Assembly: GCF_032062105.1 (NCBI RefSeq)
Contig: NW_026941605.1
Coordinates: 1-64,000 of the forward strand
Source: Saccostrea cucullata
Taxonomy: Eukaryota
Direction of reading: 5' to 3'
Length of the DNA stretch: 64,000 nt
Below the pieces are notes generated by a model. That model did not search any database. It was not told the DNA's origin and worked only from the letters and a program-made list of their open reading frames with translations. Positions 58,487-64,000 of the stretch are shown piece after piece. Position numbers and translations under genes: made by a program. The first letter of the stretch is position 1, and every line of letters begins with the position of its first letter.

Positions 58487-59470
58487 AACAGGATATGTTT
58501 GTGAAACACTGATGCCCCCGTATGACAACTTAGCAAAGATGAAACTTTTCTTAAATGCAAATTTAATTAACAGGTACCAAAAATTGGATATTCTCACTGG
58601 AAAGCAATTGTGAAATTTGAAAGTATGAGGCCATTATTAATTTTTTTTAAATTAGTACAAAAATCTCCAAGGTCAAGGTCTAAAGGCTAAGTTACTTGGT
58701 ATCCAATGAAAGATCTTGCCACATAGAATTACTTATGTAGAGTATGAAAGCCCTAACCCTAACCTTTCAGAAGTTATGGCAAAGGTTAATTTCTTTTTTA
58801 AAGTAGGTCAAACTCCATGGTCAAGGTCAAAGGGTCAAAGTTCTTGTTATCAAATAAAAGGTCTTGTCACAAGAATTAAATATGTAAAATATGAAAGCAC
58901 TAGCCCTAACCATTTGAAAGTTGTGCTCAAGGCTTGTTTTTTAATGTAGGTCAAAGTCAAAGGTAAAGGTCAAAGGGTCAAAGTTCTGGGTATCCAATGA
59001 AGGGTCTTTTCACAAGGATTATATAAATGAAGTATGAAAGCCGTATCCCTTACCGTTCAAAAGTTATGGCCAAGGTTCAAGTTTTTTACAGGTACAGAAA
59101 TCTACAAGGCAAGATCAAAGGGTCAAAGTTGTTGGTATCCAATGAAAGGTCTTTCAATAAAAAATACACATGAGAAGTATAAATGTCCTGGTGTCTACTG
59201 TTCAAAAGATATGGCCAAAGTAAAAGTTAAAAATTTTCATGTAAAAGTGGGTTAAACTCCAAGGTCAAGAGGTTAAATTTGGTGGTACCAAAAGAAAGGT
59301 CTTGTCAGAAGAAATACACATGTGAAATATGAAAGTCATGGCTCAAATAAATCAAAAGTTATGGGCAAAGTTTAAGTTTTTGCAGACAAACAGACAGACA
59401 GAGAGACAGACAGACGGATGGACATGAGAAAAACTATATACCCTGAAACTTTGTTTACAAGGGCATAAAA
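58487..59470 (-). mobile_element. HINE/pearl-like element with GGTCAAGGTCA tandem units
   Basis: About five ~140-bp repeats, (GACA)n microsatellite and terminal short hairpins. Confidence 0.65.
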
Positions 59471-59552
59471 AGGGCTAACTTAAGCTTCTGGCTTAGATGA
59501 GAAAAATTCAATGAAATATTCCCAGCTTAGTCATAATTGTTAAAATTTTAAA

Positions 59553-62500
59553 CAAGAGGCCCTGGGGTCACATCGCTCACCTGACCATATCAGCTAGGAA
59601 AACACACAAATCAGATCAGAATTGGAAAAAATCTGGTGTTGGGTCAACGAAGAAATTTGACACCCCATCATTTCAATCCCTACCCCAAAGGGTACTCATG
59701 ATTTGAACAAATTATATCTTCAATACATGAGGGTTGCTTACATATCAATATGACTGTGAACATAGCTTTTCTGTTCCTGAGATTTTTCCCTTAATTATCC
59801 TATGTAAAAATTTGATCCACCATTGAGATCTTTACCTACCATTGGAGGTTATGATTTAAACAAATTTAATTTTACACTACCTGAGGATGATTCCATATGA
59901 GTTTAATCTTTCCTGTCCCTGATAATATGGATCTTGAGAATTGAGATTTTTAAAAATACAAGAGGCCCATGGGCCTTATAGGTCACCTGAGTATCATGCG
60001 ACAACTTTCCAACAATTGAATTTGATTCATGTTTTAAACTAGAGGCCATGAAATTCACAATTTTGAAAGAGGCACCATTTCTTATCATAATTATACACTC
60101 AGCATGCTTATTTTGGTTACTTAAAACTCAGAGGTAGATCAGAGTAACAAAGGGAAAATGCATTTCCACTTTTAGTGAATTTCAGGGACCCTGGGTCAGG
60201 GCTTCTTCTGTTAGGGTGGGTCCATAGTTGAGCTCCCCCATCCCACAGGAACCACTGACACTGGGGCCACATCTTTCAAACTTTTGAATTTTTTAAAAAT
60301 TTTATTTCATCATGCTGTTGATTAATACCAAAGTGCAGACTTCAAAGCATTAATTTATTTTAGACTACGTTACCCCCCCCCCCCTCCCCCAAAGTACATC
60401 TGTCTCAGGGGACAGGAAATTAACCATTTTTGGCAGAAGCAGGTTTTTTTTCATAAATTTATACTAAGATCATTGGCATTATGCCCATTAACAAAGGAAA
60501 AGATTTCAAAAGAATTCAAGCATTTTCACTATATAAACATTAGAGCCACCCCCCCCCCCCCCGGGCCCCCACCCCCCAGCACAAGAATCTCTAACCCAGG
60601 GACCCTGAAATTCAATAATCTCAAAGAGACATTCTTCCTCCTCATAATTATGTACAAATGTTCATTGGTTAAATACTCAGGTGCAGAAAACAAGAGTTTT
60701 AAAGAATTATGCATTTTCACTATATATTCAATAAAGCCAGGGTTCGACACTAATTTTTTTACCTTGGTGGACCGCAGGTCCACTTGTGAAAAATTATTGG
60801 TGGACCTTCTCAATATCTGGTGGACCTTTATAAATGTTTGAATGAATGAATGAATTATTACACAAGGCATTAATTAAAACTAACTTTAATATATACTGAT
60901 TCCAGTCAGAATAATAAAGCATAAATCTAACCAGCCAACAGAATCAAATCGATTAGGGACTAGTCATTTTTTTCAGAAATATTGTAAAACTTAAAAAAAA
61001 AATGTATTAATTAATCTACAAACCATAAAAATATTTTAATAATTATCATTAAGTTACAATGGTGAAACCTGCATTTATTTCGTTTCCAAAGGTAGATTTG
61101 ATTCAAAATTACAATTATTAATTAATACGTTCAAATATTAAATAACTGAGCTTTTCATGTATCTACATGATCTATGGCTAGATCATATTTTTACAACGTT
61201 GCAAAACTGATATAGGTACATGTATGTGTATAAATTAATTATTTTCTAAATTTATTATTTATTCAAATAAGTAGTGATATTATGTATATCAAGAAAAAAA
61301 AATGAAACTGTGGATAATAATTCATAAAATGTAAATTATGCCTCTTTGAACATCTATAAAAACACACACACAAAAAACAATGCATAAATGCAGATGTCAA
61401 TCAATTCTAATACGTTATATCGCGATTACCTCGTAGTTATCTAACTTACTACCGCTCTTTTGCGGGGGAGTCGAGAAAGCTCAAATCTCACGAGATTACT
61501 GGGGCACATGGCATTGTTTACAGTAGTGACATTCGAATGATTTGAACATTTTATGCCGAAAGAACAATGCATTGCCAAGAATTGAATTCAAAATAGTAGA
61601 TTGTCAATTAAGGAAAGTTTAGATTATTTTATCAGCTTTTAAATGCGACGACTTTCAATGAAAATTTAATGAAAAGAGCCCCCTGAGTTATAAATATCGT
61701 TAAAAATGTAACATTTTAGAATTAGCTCCTCTCAAAAATTAATTAGGCTGGTTCAGCGATTGTTAAGCAAGGTATTCCACCAAGATTTTTTAATTATCTG
61801 TACTTATAAATTCTAAAATGATCGATCTTGCATTGTATTCAATAGCACATTTGTCCCCAGCCAACAGACGTTTCCTACCTCCATCGCGAAAGAGTTCCGC
61901 TAAGTTAAGTAATCGCAATATCAAGTATTATCTCCAACTATGTGCGTTCAGGCGTGAAGCGATTTCCTGTTACCCAGTGTAATTTTCACACCTTTCTGTG
62001 CATTACGTAAACAGAGGAGAGACTGGCTATTGGCATGTATTTTTCATGCTTCTTATTCAAGGTCCGTGTTGATTGTTCTTTCGTCTCAATATTATTGTTA
62101 ATATTGGAGTTTTCAATTTTACATGTAAAATATATCGAGTTGCTAGGTCCCCCTGATTACCTAAAACATTATTACGTATGTAAAATACAGGTATGGAGGA
62201 ATTAATAATTTGAGTTAGGGATGAATTTCGATTTAAAGAAAAGAAACCTGGAATTTCACTGTTTTTTTTAATACGGTGTTCAAATTTTAAGTGGACCAAA
62301 GGTCCACCCAGTCCAGAACATTTGGTGGACCTTCCAATTTTTTGGTGGACTCGGCCCGCCGGTCCACCGTTAGTGTCGAATCCTGAAAGCCCCGCCCTAA
62401 CACCAGAACCCCCAACCCAGGGGCCATGAAATTCACAATTTTGGAAGAGGGAGCCTTATTCAACATAACTTTGTACTAGGTTAGTTTATTTAATACTCAG

Positions 62501-63403
62501 GAGCAAAGAAGAAGATTTTCAAAGAAATAATTCATTTTTTGCCATATAATCTATATAGCCCCGCCCTAGATCTAGAATCCCTGACCCTGGGGCCATGAAA
62601 TTCACAATTTTGAAATAGGCAGCCTTATTCAACATAGCCATGCACTTGGTTGGTTTATTTAATGCCCAAGAACAGAAAAGAAGAATTTCAAAGAATTTTT
62701 TGCATTTTCACTATATAATCTATATATATAGCCCCACCCTACTTCTAGAACCCCTGACCCTGGGGCCATTAAATTCACAATTTGAGAAGACCCAGTCTTA
62801 TTCAACATAACTATGCACTTGGTTAGTTTATTTTAATTGCCCACAAACAGAAAAGGAGAATTTAAAAAGAATTTACGCATTTTTACTATATAATCTATAT
62901 AGCCCCGCCCTAGCACTAGAACCCCTGACCCTGGGGCCATGAAATTCACAATTTTGTAGAAGGCGGTCATTTTCAACTTACCTATGCATTTGGTTAGTTT
63001 TTCTTATGCCCACAAACAGAAAAGAAGAATTTCTAAGAAATAATGCATTTTCACTATATAACCTGTTAAGCCCCGCCCTAGCACTAGAACCCCTGACCCT
63101 GGGGCCATGAATTTCACAATTTTGGTAGAGGACTCAATGCTAATTACAATCATACCAACAGTTTAACTGCTTGATGTCCAGGAGTAAAGAAGAAGATTTT
63201 TAAAGATTGCCCTAATTTAAGTGGTTTTTGCCCCAACCCCCCAGGCCCCAGGGGGGGCAGGGACCATGAAATTCACAATTTTTGTTCCCCTTCACCCATA
63301 GATGCTATATGCCTTCATTTGAACAAACTTGAATCCCCTTCGCCTAAAGAGGTTCTTGGGAAGTTGAAAAGGTGAAAAGTAAATGACAATAATGACGACG
63401 ACA

Positions 63404-63453
<50 letters not shown>
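59553..63453 (-). mobile_element. Family-C-type HINEs (a degraded copy from 59553 and a longer copy 59959-63453 with ~180-bp tandem units)
   Basis: CAAGAGGCCC(T/A) ends at 59553 and 59959; AGCCCCGCCCTAG..GGGGCCATGAAATTCACAATTTT units; terminal hairpin at 63423-63453. Confidence 0.75.
60738..62385. mobile_element. Non-autonomous TIR DNA transposon with 5-bp duplication AAAGC
   Basis: CAGGGTTCGACACTAA / TTAGTGTCGAATCCTG; subterminal GGTGGACC repeats; splits one satellite unit. Confidence 0.8.
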
Positions 63454-63455
<2 letters not shown>

Positions 63456-64000
63456 CAAAAAACATTATAAAATACTTACATGTACCGGTACTTTTGACAA
63501 TCAGGAAGATTTGGGAGTTACGACTACCTTGGTACTTGAATTTGATCCTTGTGATGATAATTAACTGTGCCTACAGAGAAACTCAGAAATGTCAGATAGT
63601 GTCTGTAGGTTCAATAACATTTAGTTCATTATCTCTTGTCACTTTATTTAAAACATGTATTCTATAAATTAACAAAGATTATATACATGTATTTACATTA
63701 AAGAAATGCAAGATAAGCAAAAATAAGCTGAATGGTTAAGATTTTGCTACATGTATACAAAATTGTTATACATGTAATAACAAACAATGTATACCTCAGG
63801 CTCTGCAAAAAATATTTCTCTCTTAGATTCTTTTTTTACCTGTTTACATGTATCATATTTATAATCTTTGAGAAGCTATCAGTGTGGTACAATGGAGTGC
63901 CATGCATAGATCTGCTTATTACCAGCAAATTATACCTGTGATTATAGAAAACAACATTTAATAAATATTTTCGAAACTTAAATAAATATTTTGTAAATAT

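Noticed and set aside
1-64000. Prokaryotic or free-virus origin of the window
   Set aside because: Spliceosomal introns, LINEs, HINE satellites and the integration junction show an animal chromosome.

Overview
Eukaryotic, AT-rich, almost entirely repeat-derived DNA, most likely from a bivalve (probably an oyster): it carries Helentron-type non-autonomous elements (HINEs) with a ~166-bp satellite resembling oyster Cg170/HindIII. (1) 1-14959: a Polinton/Maverick (adintovirus-like) endogenous DNA virus. The minus-strand copy runs from an intact AGTAGT terminus (14959) through pPolB, a BIR-RING IAP, packaging ATPase, two basic core-like paralogs, a conserved unknown gene, integrase-chromodomain, a membrane protein, two paralogous ORFans, a RING gene and the first ~55 codons of the minor capsid protein. 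It then breaks at a patchwork junction into a second, diverged copy in inverted orientation that runs off the left edge. No major capsid or adenain protease gene is present, so this looks like a capsid-less inverted dimer. It sits inside the RT of a Gypsy element that has a C2H2 accessory ORF. (2) 18.6-26 kb: DNA-transposon ends and a truncated Mag-like Gypsy. (3) 26.7-40.8 kb: a HINE cluster that splits the 3' UTR of a fibrinogen-domain exon and contains a 2.2-kb inverted templated insertion with readable breakpoints. (4) Two duplicated fibrinogen-domain last exons with divergent C-termini. (5) 43.2-64 kb: a probable EnSpm-like element holding a Harbinger with both TIRs and a TSD, whose first intron holds a full-length CR1-like LINE, a second LINE fragment and satellite-bearing HINEs. 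All family assignments come from motif recognition by eye; no searches were run.
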